From NCBI GenBank assembly GCA_963643445.1, contig CAVIJO010000002.1, forward strand, positions 44,201 through 108,200: 64,000 bases of DNA, given 5' to 3'. This document shows, piece by piece, positions 9,750 through 19,737 of the stretch (its first letter is position 1; every line of letters begins with the position of its first letter). Below the pieces are notes generated by a model. It saw only the letters and a program-made list of their open reading frames with translations. It was not told where the DNA came from and made no database searches. The DNA is from Candidatus Methanomethylophilaceae archaeon (GTDB taxonomy: Archaea > Thermoplasmatota > Thermoplasmata > Methanomassiliicoccales > Methanomethylophilaceae). The translations under genes and the position numbers were made by a program.

Positions 9750-11479
9750 CAGACCGTCACCGTCAGGTTATTCAGTTTCACCGAATAACTGTATTCTATG
9801 TTCTTCGCGGCCGCACGCACCACCCTGATACCGAAGTGCTTCCCGTCATCGGCCGTTATAGGATTGAATCTGATGCCGTCGTCCCTCATACGGAAGATCA
9901 CGTCGTCCCCGTCCTTCGCGATGCGTATGTCGATGAAATGCTCCTTTCCGTCCGTGAATGCGTATTCCACAACGTTTCCCGCCATCTCCTCGATGCAGAG
10001 CGCGATGCGGTCCGCCTTGTCGCGGGAGATACCATGCTCTGCGCAGATGTCCGAGATCCGCTCCGTGAGCCCAGAGACCGCCTCCATCCTGTTGGGGATG
10101 GACAGTTCGCAGACCGTGTCCGCGGAGAAGGCGCCGGCGGGTGCGATGATGAAGTCCTCCGCATGATGCGGAAACTTCCCTGTCTTCACTCTGATGAACA
10201 CCGCAATCGTAAGCACGGAGAGGATGTCTGCGAGCACGAAGGACAGCCACACCCCGTCGAGGCCCATGACAGGGGCGAGGGCGAAGGACACGAGGATGAC
10301 ATACAGGGCGCCTCTCGAGAGGGAGATAACGTTCGACATCATCAGATTCCCCATCGTCTGGTACATATACAGGAAGATGAGACAGACGGTGGACGTGGGC
10401 TGGGACAGCGCGAACAGCCTCAGGCACCTGACCGCCAGATCGAGGTCCCCGCCGTCGGCTATGAACATCCTCGCCACAGGTTCGGCGAAGATTATCAGCA
10501 CGGCCGCGGCTGCGGAGGACACGGCCGCTCCAGATTTCAGAGTGACGCGTATCGTATCCGTGACGGCCCTCCTGTCCCTCTCCCCGAAGAAGATTCCGCA
10601 CATGGTGGCGACCATGAGCCCGTATCCGGTGGAAATAGCTATCAGAAACTGATACACATTGGTCTGCACCGAAAGTGCCAGCACCGCGGCGGAGCCTCCG
10701 AGGGACAGCAGGAATGCGTTGAGTACGAGGTTCTTGACAGTCTGGGAACCCCTGTTTATCGCAGTGGGGAGACCCGCCATGCAGATGTCCTTCAGTTCCT
10801 TCCCGCATCCCGAGGGGGAGCAGAACCTCATCATGCGCTCCTTTCTCCTGAAATGGGTGAGGGCGACGGCGAGTCCGATGACGTTCCCGAGCATGACGGA
10901 GAGCCCGATACCGAAAAGACCCAGATCCGTGGATGATGCGCTGTATACCGCAGCAGCGGTGTTCACGATGATGACCACCACCATCGAAATCAGCGAGATC
11001 CTCTGATTGCTGTCCATCCTCAGATAGATTAGCAGATTCTGCAGGAGGAGGAACGGCACCGCCGAGATCCCGAGTCCGCGGATATAATCGGCCGCCATCC
11101 CTTCGATGCTGTCCTCTGCGCCGAACAGATCCGACAGGGGATCGGCGAACAGGAGGCAGAATGCCGTGAAAACGGCACCCACGGCGGCGGATGCCAGTGT
11201 CGTCACGGTGTAATTCAGCCGTACGGCCGCCATATCTCCCCTGCCGATGTGGTTCGCGCACCTTATGGAGCCGCCGTTGCTGAAGATTCCGGCGGCCGCG
11301 CCCAGGAGGATGAACACCGGCGAAGCGAGACCGAACGCCACGAGGGCGTCGGACCCCAGCATCTGTCCTGTGATCAAACCGTTGATGACCATGCTCAGCG
11401 TGGCCGTGAGCGTCACCAGTATGGTGACGGCCAGGTGGCTGTGCAGGACCTTTTCGATCAGGTATGTGTTTGTATGCAT
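9749..11479 (-). CDS. MATE-family transporter fused to a C-terminal RsbW-type HATPase domain
   Basis: 12-TM MATE pattern (GSDALVAFG, DLGLFGIGL, MGLDGVW), then EEMAGNVVEYA, DDGIRFNP, HFGIRVV. Confidence 0.88.
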   Translation of the reverse strand: MHTNTYLIEKVLHSHLAVTILVTLTATLSMVINGLITGQMLGSDALVAFGLASPVFILLGAAAGIFSNGGSIRCANHIGRGDMAAVRLNYTVTTLASAAVGAVFTAFCLLFADPLSDLFGAEDSIEGMAADYIRGLGISAVPFLLLQNLLIYLRMDSNQRISLISMVVVIIVNTAAAVYSASSTDLGLFGIGLSVMLGNVIGLAVALTHFRRKERMMRFCSPSGCGKELKDICMAGLPTAINRGSQTVKNLVLNAFLLSLGGSAAVLALSVQTNVYQFLIAISTGYGLMVATMCGIFFGERDRRAVTDTIRVTLKSGAAVSSAAAAVLIIFAEPVARMFIADGGDLDLAVRCLRLFALSQPTSTVCLIFLYMYQTMGNLMMSNVISLSRGALYVILVSFALAPVMGLDGVWLSFVLADILSVLTIAVFIRVKTGKFPHHAEDFIIAPAGAFSADTVCELSIPNRMEAVSGLTERISDICAEHGISRDKADRIALCIEEMAGNVVEYAFTDGKEHFIDIRIAKDGDDVIFRMRDDGIRFNPITADDGKHFGIRVVRAAAKNIEYSYSVKLNNLTVTV

Positions 11480-11482
11480 CGC

Positions 11483-11779
11483 TCATTCCAGTGTGAGAAT
11501 CTCGTCGAGACCTGTCTCGGTGAACACTTCCATGACGAGTTCGGGCACGTTCCTGATAACCATCTTCCCGCCGTTCTTAGCCATCTTCTTCTCGAGTGCC
11601 AGTATAACCCTGAGGCCTGCGCTGGAGATGTAGATGCACGGCGAAAGGTCGATCTCGATGTACTTGGTATCATCCCCGATCTGCCTGTTCATGTCGGCCT
11701 CGAAATCGGGGGAGGATGTCCTGTCCAGTTTCCCCTCGATGACAGCTTTGATCTCTGTTCCGTTCTTTGCGATCTTCAT
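11483..11779 (-). CDS. STAS-domain anti-anti-sigma-type protein (RsbV/SpoIIAA-like)
   Basis: GKLD, DLSPCIYISSAGLR (phospho-Ser motif), VMEVFTETGL. Confidence 0.92.
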   Translation of the reverse strand: MKIAKNGTEIKAVIEGKLDRTSSPDFEADMNRQIGDDTKYIEIDLSPCIYISSAGLRVILALEKKMAKNGGKMVIRNVPELVMEVFTETGLDEILTLE

Positions 11780-13476
11780 TCTTCTTCCTCCCTGTCGACA
11801 AGTATTCTGAAGAAACGGAGCTGGGCTTCGTTCATGATTATCTTAACCGGTTTTATCTGGGTGGATGCGCCGCCCATCATGATCTGTTTGTCCCTCCAGA
11901 GGGCGTAGGTCTCGTCCTGGAGATAGTGGGACACCACGGGCCCCGTGAGCCTCCTCTCGAACTTGTACTCGAGCATGGGATTGGCCCTGATGAGCTCCTT
12001 CTGCAGGCATGCGGACAGCTCCTTCAGGTCCGCCTTCGGACGTCTGGGACATTCGATGAAGAACCTGTAGCAGGACGGCGTCATGTCGGTGTCGGGGTAC
12101 ACGCAGAAGTCAGTGTAATCGAAATCGAGGTCCTTCGCGGTAGCGTCCACCGCGGCCCTGAGGGCGGGCTCGTACGTCTTCTCCCCGTTGAGGTTGACGC
12201 ACATGTCTATGCGGTAGAGGTATTCCATCGTCGGAAGGCTGTTGTACATCTTCACGAAACGGACGGCATCGCGGGTCCTGTAGCGGTACAGTCCCGACTG
12301 GGTCGTCAGTATCACCTCGTACTCCTTCCCGATCTCCACCTCCGACACCGTGCATGTCTTCGACGGATCCTCCTCGCCGAGGGGGAGGAACTCCAGGAAC
12401 ATCGTGTTACCCAGGGGAGCCGAGTCCGGCGTGTCGAAATCGTACGGGGCGGAGATCGCACCTTCGGATGCCACGATCCCGATCATGACCACCGGGATGT
12501 CTTCGGAGACGAAGTTCTCCCTGAGTTTGCGCAGATATGCAGAGAAGGTCCCGGTGCTCACACCCATGACGAACGTGAGGTTCGGCCATATCCTCTTGGC
12601 TATGGTGTTGCTGAAACCCTCCGAGAATATTTTTCTGAGTTCCTCCGCCCTCTCCGGCATCGGGACGAGCTCGGATTCCAGCTTCGCACGGACGGAGTCG
12701 GACATCTTGACGGAGGGGTCGATCTTCCCGGTCTCTATGTCCCTGCAGAGCATCTCCCAGTTGCCCTGGATGTAATGGAACAGGTCCAGGACGAACGTGA
12801 TGAACGTGGTCTGGAGACTGGATACGTCCCTGTACGCGAGGCCGTATCTGGCATGGAGATACCTGCTGTCTGTCTCCTTCTCGGGACATACGGCCTCCTC
12901 GGGGGAAGTGAACATCTCCGGCTGCATCATCTGCCAGTCGTACACGCACTGGCCGGATACGCCGTAATATCTCTTGGGAGGAGTCCCGACGACGGCCCTG
13001 GCGGACGCCTCCGCGACGGAGAGCGCCTTCCCTTTCAGGAAATCGGTACCGAAACGTTTCACTGCCATCCCGTAGGGCCCTGCGAAGGCGTAGTCGAGCA
13101 GGTATCCCATGGATACCGAGGACATCGGGATCTTCTTGGGATTGCCCATGGTCCCGGAGGACCTGTTGTACTGCGCCACCCCGTACACGGAATGGAGATG
13201 TTCCTCCTTCCCCGTGAGTTCGCGGACCACGTATTCGGCGTAATCGTCGTAGACTGTGAGCGGGACCTTCCTTTTGTAGTCCTCCACCGTTCTGATACCG
13301 GAGAACTCCATCTTCCTGCCGTATTCGGTGTCCTTATTGTCGTCCAGTATCCTGAAGAGGAGTTCCTCGCTGATCCTCTCCGGATCCTTGGAAAAAGCCT
13401 CTAGGTCGTCCATCGCCTTCCTGCCGCGGTCTGCGGCCGAAAGGTTCATCTGGACGGTTTTCTCCGTTTCTGCCAT
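11776..13476 (-). CDS. GH3-family acyl-adenylate / acid-amino acid ligase
   Basis: NKDTEYG...KVPLTVYDDY, SSGTMGNPKKIP, VASEG, TTQSGLYRYRTRD, LNGEKT, QIKP. Confidence 0.88.
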   Translation of the reverse strand: MAETEKTVQMNLSAADRGRKAMDDLEAFSKDPERISEELLFRILDDNKDTEYGRKMEFSGIRTVEDYKRKVPLTVYDDYAEYVVRELTGKEEHLHSVYGVAQYNRSSGTMGNPKKIPMSSVSMGYLLDYAFAGPYGMAVKRFGTDFLKGKALSVAEASARAVVGTPPKRYYGVSGQCVYDWQMMQPEMFTSPEEAVCPEKETDSRYLHARYGLAYRDVSSLQTTFITFVLDLFHYIQGNWEMLCRDIETGKIDPSVKMSDSVRAKLESELVPMPERAEELRKIFSEGFSNTIAKRIWPNLTFVMGVSTGTFSAYLRKLRENFVSEDIPVVMIGIVASEGAISAPYDFDTPDSAPLGNTMFLEFLPLGEEDPSKTCTVSEVEIGKEYEVILTTQSGLYRYRTRDAVRFVKMYNSLPTMEYLYRIDMCVNLNGEKTYEPALRAAVDATAKDLDFDYTDFCVYPDTDMTPSCYRFFIECPRRPKADLKELSACLQKELIRANPMLEYKFERRLTGPVVSHYLQDETYALWRDKQIMMGGASTQIKPVKIIMNEAQLRFFRILVDREEEE

Positions 13477-13534
13477 AAGCGCGGGATGAATTTATGTTAT
13501 AAATGAATGGCGAACTCCCGGGACCTCGGTGTTT

Positions 13535-13773
13535 TCAGGCTTTTCTCCTCCTGATGATGACCGACATCGTGCCGTCACTGACGCTGAACGTCTTCCCGAC
13601 GGGATTCGCCTCGTTAGGGAGAAGGGCCCTGCCTTCGGAATCGTAGAATGAGACCCCGTCGAACGCATGGAGGCCGATGGATGCGACCGAATCGGGGATT
13701 AACAGGAACTCGAAGGAGGGACCGCCGGCGAATGCAGACATCTGCCGACGGTAAACGTACGTGTGCTGATCAT
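13535..13773 (-). pseudogene. Remnant C-terminus of a BspA-type leucine-rich-repeat surface protein
   Basis: IPDSVASIGLHAF LRR unit followed by FYDSEG..L...N..GKTF; the preceding TVG..SAF repeat is split by a frameshift near 13742. Confidence 0.55.
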
Positions 13774-13841
13774 AAATCTGTACCGCAGGAAGGATGGCGG
13801 GAGGGACGAGGTTTTATCTGACAGTAACCGAATGGAGAATC

Positions 13842-14321
13842 ATGTTCGGAAACAGGAAGAAAACAACCGGGACGAAACCCAGTAAAGTATACAGGGATTT
13901 GTGCACCGCCTTCGACTCCGAGAACATCAATTACAATTCTGATGAAGAGCATTTCGCCGTATACGGCACCTTCATCGGAGACGACCTCCCCATAAAACTT
14001 TCCGTCAATATCGACACCGAGATGCCCATCATGTGTTTCGATGCACTTCTGGACTTCCTGGTCCCCTCCGGCAGCGAAAACGCCGTCATCAGCGGACTCA
14101 ACGAGATTAACAGCACCCTCCACTTCGGGGCGTTCGTTTTCAGTTCCGACGAGAGACGCGTGATTTACAGATACCATCACCTGTTCGCCGAGTACGTTCC
14201 CTCGAAAGAATGCATCATCTCGATAACGAAAATGGTCATAGAGACGGTCGATGCCAACGACGGCAATCTCAAGAAGCTCATCCCGGAGCAGACGACGTTC
14301 TCCGACCCGATGTTCAACTGA
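13842..14321 (+). CDS. YbjN-domain (type III secretion chaperone fold) protein
   Basis: LNEINSTLHFGAFVF...VIYRY pattern; GGAG SD. Confidence 0.7.
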   Translation: MFGNRKKTTGTKPSKVYRDLCTAFDSENINYNSDEEHFAVYGTFIGDDLPIKLSVNIDTEMPIMCFDALLDFLVPSGSENAVISGLNEINSTLHFGAFVFSSDERRVIYRYHHLFAEYVPSKECIISITKMVIETVDANDGNLKKLIPEQTTFSDPMFN

Positions 14322-14396
14322 GACATCTGGCACATCGTAAAAACGGACTGCGCCCCCGAAATAAGGAGAGCGGACGGGGGCGCGGGGAAAAAAGTT

Positions 14397-15533
14397 TCAG
14401 ATCCCGAGCTTGTCCTTCAGCTTGGTCTTGCGGGCCTTCTTCGTGCCGGCCCCGTCATCCAGTTTCTGCAGGAGTTCCTTCTCGTAATCGGTGAGTCTTT
14501 TCGGCACGGTTATGCCGAGGACGATGTAGAGGTTCCCGCGTGCGGTGCGGCCGAGAGACGGGAGCCCCTGTCCCACGACCTTGAGGACTCCGCCCACCTG
14601 CGTACCGGCGGGAATGTTCACGCTCATCATCTGGCCCTCGAGGTTCTTGACCTCCAGAGTGCCTCCGAGCGCGAGTCTGGGATATGTGGTCTCGGCGTCC
14701 ATCCACAGGTCGCTGCCGTCCCTCTTGAATCCCATGTAGTCGGTAATGTGTATCACGACGTAGAGATCCCCGGCGGGACCGCCCCTGTATCCGGCATCGC
14801 CGGCCCCGGGTATGCGGAGATTGGTACCCTCGCCCATCCCGGGCTTGACATTGATGCTGACCTTGGTGTTCTTGGTGACCCTTCCGCGGCCGCGGCACTT
14901 GGGACATTCCTCGTCGTAGGTCCTCCCGGTACCGCCGCAGCGTTTGCAGGGCGACACCTGGATGGTGTCGCCGAACGGGGTGCGCATGCGGGTCTGCTGC
15001 TGACCGCTCCCGCCGCAGACGGGGCAGGATTTGGTCTTGCCGCCCTTGCCTCCGGTCCCGTGACAGTCGGGGCATTCGGAGGTATGGGGGACGGTGATCT
15101 CCACGGTCTTCCCCTTGAGCACATCCACCAGAGTGATGCCGAGATCGTAGCGGAGGGATTCCCCGGCCTGCGGGGCGTTGGGGTCCTGCCTCCTCCGCCC
15201 GCCGCCGAAGATCCCGCCGAACAGATCCCCGAAGATATCGTTCAGATCGTCCCCGTGGGTGAAGTTGTCCCACGAGAACCCTCCCTGCCCGAACTGTCCG
15301 TCGACGCCGGCGTGCCCGTACTGGTCGTACATGCTGCGCTTCTGCTCGTCGGACAGAACCTCGTACGCCTCCGAGATCTCCTTGAACTTGGCCTCCGCCA
15401 CCTCTTTGGGTTCGGTAGACACGTCGGGGTGGTACTTCTTCGCAAGGGTGCGGTAGGCCTTCTTGATCTCGTCGGGAGTCGCGGTCTTGGATACTCCGAG
15501 TACCTCGTAGTAATCCCTTTTCTCTTCGGGCAT
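14397..15533 (-). CDS. dnaJ: Chaperone DnaJ
   Basis: J-domain with HPD, G/F-rich region, four CxxCxGxG motifs. Confidence 0.97.
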   Translation of the reverse strand: MPEEKRDYYEVLGVSKTATPDEIKKAYRTLAKKYHPDVSTEPKEVAEAKFKEISEAYEVLSDEQKRSMYDQYGHAGVDGQFGQGGFSWDNFTHGDDLNDIFGDLFGGIFGGGRRRQDPNAPQAGESLRYDLGITLVDVLKGKTVEITVPHTSECPDCHGTGGKGGKTKSCPVCGGSGQQQTRMRTPFGDTIQVSPCKRCGGTGRTYDEECPKCRGRGRVTKNTKVSINVKPGMGEGTNLRIPGAGDAGYRGGPAGDLYVVIHITDYMGFKRDGSDLWMDAETTYPRLALGGTLEVKNLEGQMMSVNIPAGTQVGGVLKVVGQGLPSLGRTARGNLYIVLGITVPKRLTDYEKELLQKLDDGAGTKKARKTKLKDKLGI

Positions 15534-15552
15534 CTGAACTTACCTCTTCGGA

Positions 15553-17433
15553 TCACTGGTCGTCGACTATCTTGTAGTCGGCGTCAACGACGTTGTCGTC
15601 GGCCTTCTTGGAAGCGCCCTCGTTCTTCTGGGCCTGCTCCTGGTATGCCTTCGCGGCATCCTGGGCAGCCTGCTGCTGCTCGGGGGTGGCGTTCTTGTAG
15701 ATCTTCTCGCTGATGGGAGCCATCGCCTTCATCAGGGCGTCGGTCTTGGTCTTGATGTCGTCGACGTTGTCGGTCTTGGCCGCAGCCTCCAGGTCGGAGA
15801 CGGCCGCCTCGACGGAGGTGCGCTCCTCGTTGGTGACCTTGTCACCGAGTTCGGACAGGGTCTTGCGGACGGAGTAGACCATGGTCTCGGCGCCGTTGCG
15901 GGCGTCGATGAGCTCCTCCTTCTTCTTGTCCGCGTCGGCGAACTTCTCGGCATCCTTGATGGCCGCGTCGATGTCCTCTTTGGACAGCTTGTTGGAGGAT
16001 GCGATGGTGATGTGCTGCTCCTTCCCGGTACCGAGGTCCTTCGCGGAGACGTTGATGATACCGTTGGCGTCGATGTCGAAGGTGACCTCGATCTGGGGCA
16101 CTCCGCGGTGCGCAGGAGGTATTCCGTCGAGGACGAATCTTCCGAGACTGGTGTTGTCGGCGGCCATCTTCCTCTCTCCCTGGACGACGTTGATCTCCAC
16201 GGAAGGCTGGTTGTCGGCCGCAGTGGAGAACACCTGGCTCTTCTTGGTCGGGATGGTGGTGTTCCTGTCGATCAGCTTGGTGGCGACTCCGCCGAGGGTC
16301 TCGATACCGAGGGACAGCGGGGTGACATCCAGAAGGAGGACGTCCTTGACGTCTCCGGAGAGGACCGCTCCCTGGATGGCCGCTCCCATGGAGACGCATT
16401 CCATGGGGTCGACTCCGTGCTGGATCTTGGGTCCGACGATGGACTCGACGAAGTTCTGGATGATGGGCATCCTGGTGGGCCCTCCGACCATGATGACCTT
16501 GTCGACGCCGTCGGAGGTGAGTCCCGCATCGGACAGGGCCTGCTCGATGGGTCCCCTGCATCTCTCCACGATGGGCTCCACGAGCTCCTCGAGTTTCGCA
16601 CGGGTGATGGTCTGAACCAGATGTTTGGGTCCGGAGGCATCTGCGGTGATGAAAGGCAGATTGATCTCGGTCTGCATGGTGGTGGAGAGTTCGATCTTCG
16701 CCTTCTCGGCAGCCTCCCTCACCCTGACCCTCGCGGCGTTATCCTTGGCGAGGTCGACACCGGTCTCGTTCCTGAACTGCCCGATCACGTAGTTAGTGAG
16801 GGCCTCGTCCATATCGGATCCTCCGAGCTGGGTGTCTCCGGAGGTCGAGAGGACCTGGAACACTCCGTCGTCGAAGTCCATGATGGTGACATCGAGGGTT
16901 CCTCCTCCGAGGTCGAAGACGAGGATCTTCTGGGACTGTCCCGCCTTGTCGAGACCGTAGGCGAGAGCGGCCGCAGTGGGCTCGTTGATGATACGGACGA
17001 CATCGAGTCCTGCGATCTTGCCGGCGTCCTTGGTGGCCTGCCTCTGGTTGTCGTTGAAGTAGGCGGGGACGGTGATGACGGCCTTGTCGATGGGTTCGCC
17101 GACGAACGCCTCCGCGTCCTTCTTGATTTTCATAAGGATGTATGCGGAGATCTGCTGGGGGGAGTACTCTTTCCCGAGGGCGGTAACCTTCTCGCTGGAA
17201 CCCATCTTCCTCTTGACGTTCTTGATGGTTCCGTCGGGGTTGGTGACGGCCTGTCTCCTGGCGGGCTCTCCCACGAGGAGCTGTCCGTCTTTGGTGAATG
17301 CTACATAGGACGGGAAGGATTTCCCGCCGACGCTGGTCCCCTCTGCGCTGGGGATGACGGTAGGCCTGCCTCCCTCCATGATGGAGGCGGCAGAGTTGCT
17401 GGTTCCGAGATCGATTCCGATTATTCTTGACAT
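15553..17433 (-). CDS. dnaK: Chaperone DnaK (Hsp70)
   Basis: [38 protein letters not shown]. Confidence 0.98.
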   Translation of the reverse strand: MSRIIGIDLGTSNSAASIMEGGRPTVIPSAEGTSVGGKSFPSYVAFTKDGQLLVGEPARRQAVTNPDGTIKNVKRKMGSSEKVTALGKEYSPQQISAYILMKIKKDAEAFVGEPIDKAVITVPAYFNDNQRQATKDAGKIAGLDVVRIINEPTAAALAYGLDKAGQSQKILVFDLGGGTLDVTIMDFDDGVFQVLSTSGDTQLGGSDMDEALTNYVIGQFRNETGVDLAKDNAARVRVREAAEKAKIELSTTMQTEINLPFITADASGPKHLVQTITRAKLEELVEPIVERCRGPIEQALSDAGLTSDGVDKVIMVGGPTRMPIIQNFVESIVGPKIQHGVDPMECVSMGAAIQGAVLSGDVKDVLLLDVTPLSLGIETLGGVATKLIDRNTTIPTKKSQVFSTAADNQPSVEINVVQGERKMAADNTSLGRFVLDGIPPAHRGVPQIEVTFDIDANGIINVSAKDLGTGKEQHITIASSNKLSKEDIDAAIKDAEKFADADKKKEELIDARNGAETMVYSVRKTLSELGDKVTNEERTSVEAAVSDLEAAAKTDNVDDIKTKTDALMKAMAPISEKIYKNATPEQQQAAQDAAKAYQEQAQKNEGASKKADDNVVDADYKIVDDQ

Positions 17434-17463
17434 TTCTAACACCTCATTGTTCTCTTAAACGGT

Positions 17464-18033
17464 TTATTCGGCCGCATCCCCTTCCGGGGCGGCCTGTTTC
17501 TTCTTGGTTACTCTGACTTTGGCATAGCGGAGGACCTTGCCGTTCATCATGTACCCTTTCTGGTACACTTCGGCGATCATGTCGTCCTCGTCGCCCTCCG
17601 AGACCATCAGGGCCTCGTGCATATTGGGGTCGAACTTCCCGTCCGCAGGAATCTCCCTGAGCCCCTGCGACTCGAGTATCTTCATCAGGTTGCCCCTGAC
17701 TGCCCTGACCCCCTCGGAAAGGGATGTCTCCTCCTTGACGGAGGCGAGCGCCCTCTCGAGGTCGTCCGCGATGTTCAGGAGCTGCGACACGAGGTCCTTG
17801 GTGGCGTATTTCCGATATTCCTCGGCATCCCTCTCGGTCCTCTTGCGGTAGTTCTCGAAGTCCGCCTGCAGGCGTTTGGCCATATCGAGCATCTTGGCGG
17901 AGTTCTCCTTCTCCTCTTCGAGACGTGCTTTGAGTTCCTCAACGGCCTTCTTCTGACCTTTGTTTTCCTTCTTCGCAGTATCCGCCTCCTGCCCGGGGGC
18001 TTCCGCGCCCTTGTTTTCAGACTTATCAGTCAT
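17464..18033 (-). CDS. grpE: Nucleotide exchange factor GrpE
   Basis: ADFENYRKR, FDPNMHEA, QKGY...VLRYAKVRV. Confidence 0.96.
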   Translation of the reverse strand: MTDKSENKGAEAPGQEADTAKKENKGQKKAVEELKARLEEEKENSAKMLDMAKRLQADFENYRKRTERDAEEYRKYATKDLVSQLLNIADDLERALASVKEETSLSEGVRAVRGNLMKILESQGLREIPADGKFDPNMHEALMVSEGDEDDMIAEVYQKGYMMNGKVLRYAKVRVTKKKQAAPEGDAAE

Positions 18034-18061
18034 AGGTGAACCTCTTGCGTGAACTTTCGGG

Positions 18062-18090
18062 GGACGGGAGGGCTCCTGACCCTCCCGTCC
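18062..18090. terminator. Perfect 11-bp inverted repeat between the thermosome gene and grpE
   Basis: GGACGGGAGGG-7 nt-CCCTCCCGTCC. Confidence 0.55.
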
Positions 18091-18108
18091 GGGTGTGTTT
18101 CAGAAGAC

Positions 18109-19737
18109 TCAGTCGTCCATTCCGCCCATTCCGGGTGCTCCTCCGGCGGGAGCGGGGGCGGATTTGGAGGCGATGACATCGTCGATCCTGAGGATCATGA
18201 CCGCCGCATCGGTTGCGGAGGAGATGGCCTGCTGACCGATCCTGATGGGCTCGATGACGTCGAGGGCCATCATGTCCTCCACCTTTCCGGTGAAGGGGTT
18301 GATTCCGGCGTACTTCTTGCCGGCCTTGTGCTGCTTCCTCATCTCGATGACCATGTTGATGGGGTCGAGACCCGCATTCTCGGCGAGGGTGGTGGGAATG
18401 ATTTCCATTGCGGACGCGAAGGCCTCGATGGCGATCTGCTCCCTTCCGCCGACGGATGCCGCGTAGTCGCGGACTCCCATGGCGAGCTCCATTGCGGTGG
18501 ATCCTCCTCCGGTGACGATCATTCCGTCCTCGATGGAGACCTTGACGACGGACCATGCATCGACGAGAGACCTCTCGACCTCGTCAGCGACGTGGTTGGT
18601 TCCTCCCCTGACGAGGATGGAAACGGTCTTGGGGTCCTTGCATCCGGTGATGAAGGTCATCTGCTCGTCTCCGACGAACTTGAGCTCGACGGACTCGGCG
18701 TCTCCGAGGTCCTCGGCGGACAGCTCGCTGATCTTGCTGACGATGGAGGCGTTGGTGGATTTTCCGAGCCTCTCCATGTCGGACTTCTTCACGCGGCGGC
18801 ATGCGTAGATGCCTTCCTTGGCGAAGAAGTGCTGTGCGAGGTCGTCGATTCCCTTCTGGCAGAAGACGACGCTGGCTCCGGCCTTCTTGACGGACATGAC
18901 CATGTCCTTCAGGGTCTTCTCCTCCTCGGCGATGAACTTGCTGAGCATCTCGGGGTCGGTGATCTGGATCTTCGCGTCGATCTCGGGTTTCTTGACCTCG
19001 AAGGCGGCGTCGATCAGGGCGATCTTGGCGTTCTTCACCAGCTTGGGCATGGTGGGGGAAACGGGCTCCTTGTCGATGATGAGTCCTTTCACGAGGACGG
19101 ACTCGTCCATGCTCGCTCCGGCCTTCTTGACGGTCTGGATGTTCTTCAGGTCGGCGGTGTACTTTCCGTTCCCGTCCTTCTCGAGGATGGTCTTGACGGC
19201 GTCGACGACCATCTTGGCGAAGAACTTCTTGGAAGCGTTGACCTGCTTGCTGATCATAGAGGTCTCGGCGATCTTCTCGAGGAGGGCCTCGTCGTCGAGG
19301 GACACTTTGGTCGCGACGTTCTTCAGGATCTCCTGGGCTTTCTCGTTGGCAAGCCTGTATCCGGTGGTGATGATGGTGGGGTGGACGTTGGAGTCGATCA
19401 GGTCGAGGGATTTCTTCAGAAGTTCCCCGGCGACGATGACGGAGGTGGTGGTTCCGTCTCCGACTTCCTGGTCCTGGGTCTTTGCAACCTCCACGAGCAT
19501 CTTGGCGGCGGGGTGCTGCACATCCATCTCCTTGAGGATGGTCACACCGTCGTTGGTGATGACGACGTCGCCGATGGAGTCGACGAGCATCTTGTCCATT
19601 CCCCTGGGTCCGAGGCTGCTCCTCACTGCGTCGGCGATGGTCCTCGCCGCGGTGATGTTGTTGAACTGAGCATCCTTTCCTTTGTCTCTCTTGGTGCCTT
19701 CCCTGAGGATCAGCACAGGTGCGTTACCCATTCCCAT
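18109..19737 (-). CDS. ths: Thermosome (group II chaperonin) subunit
   Basis: LGPRGMDKM, TNDGVTIL, GDGTTT, GGM-type tail; alpha or beta subunit not assigned. Confidence 0.96.
   Translation of the reverse strand: MGMGNAPVLILREGTKRDKGKDAQFNNITAARTIADAVRSSLGPRGMDKMLVDSIGDVVITNDGVTILKEMDVQHPAAKMLVEVAKTQDQEVGDGTTTSVIVAGELLKKSLDLIDSNVHPTIITTGYRLANEKAQEILKNVATKVSLDDEALLEKIAETSMISKQVNASKKFFAKMVVDAVKTILEKDGNGKYTADLKNIQTVKKAGASMDESVLVKGLIIDKEPVSPTMPKLVKNAKIALIDAAFEVKKPEIDAKIQITDPEMLSKFIAEEEKTLKDMVMSVKKAGASVVFCQKGIDDLAQHFFAKEGIYACRRVKKSDMERLGKSTNASIVSKISELSAEDLGDAESVELKFVGDEQMTFITGCKDPKTVSILVRGGTNHVADEVERSLVDAWSVVKVSIEDGMIVTGGGSTAMELAMGVRDYAASVGGREQIAIEAFASAMEIIPTTLAENAGLDPINMVIEMRKQHKAGKKYAGINPFTGKVEDMMALDVIEPIRIGQQAISSATDAAVMILRIDDVIASKSAPAPAGGAPGMGGMDD

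Noticed and set aside
75..14396. Integrative element or provirus at tRNA-Ser
   Set aside because: No integrase or viral genes, and no duplicated tRNA 3' end seen
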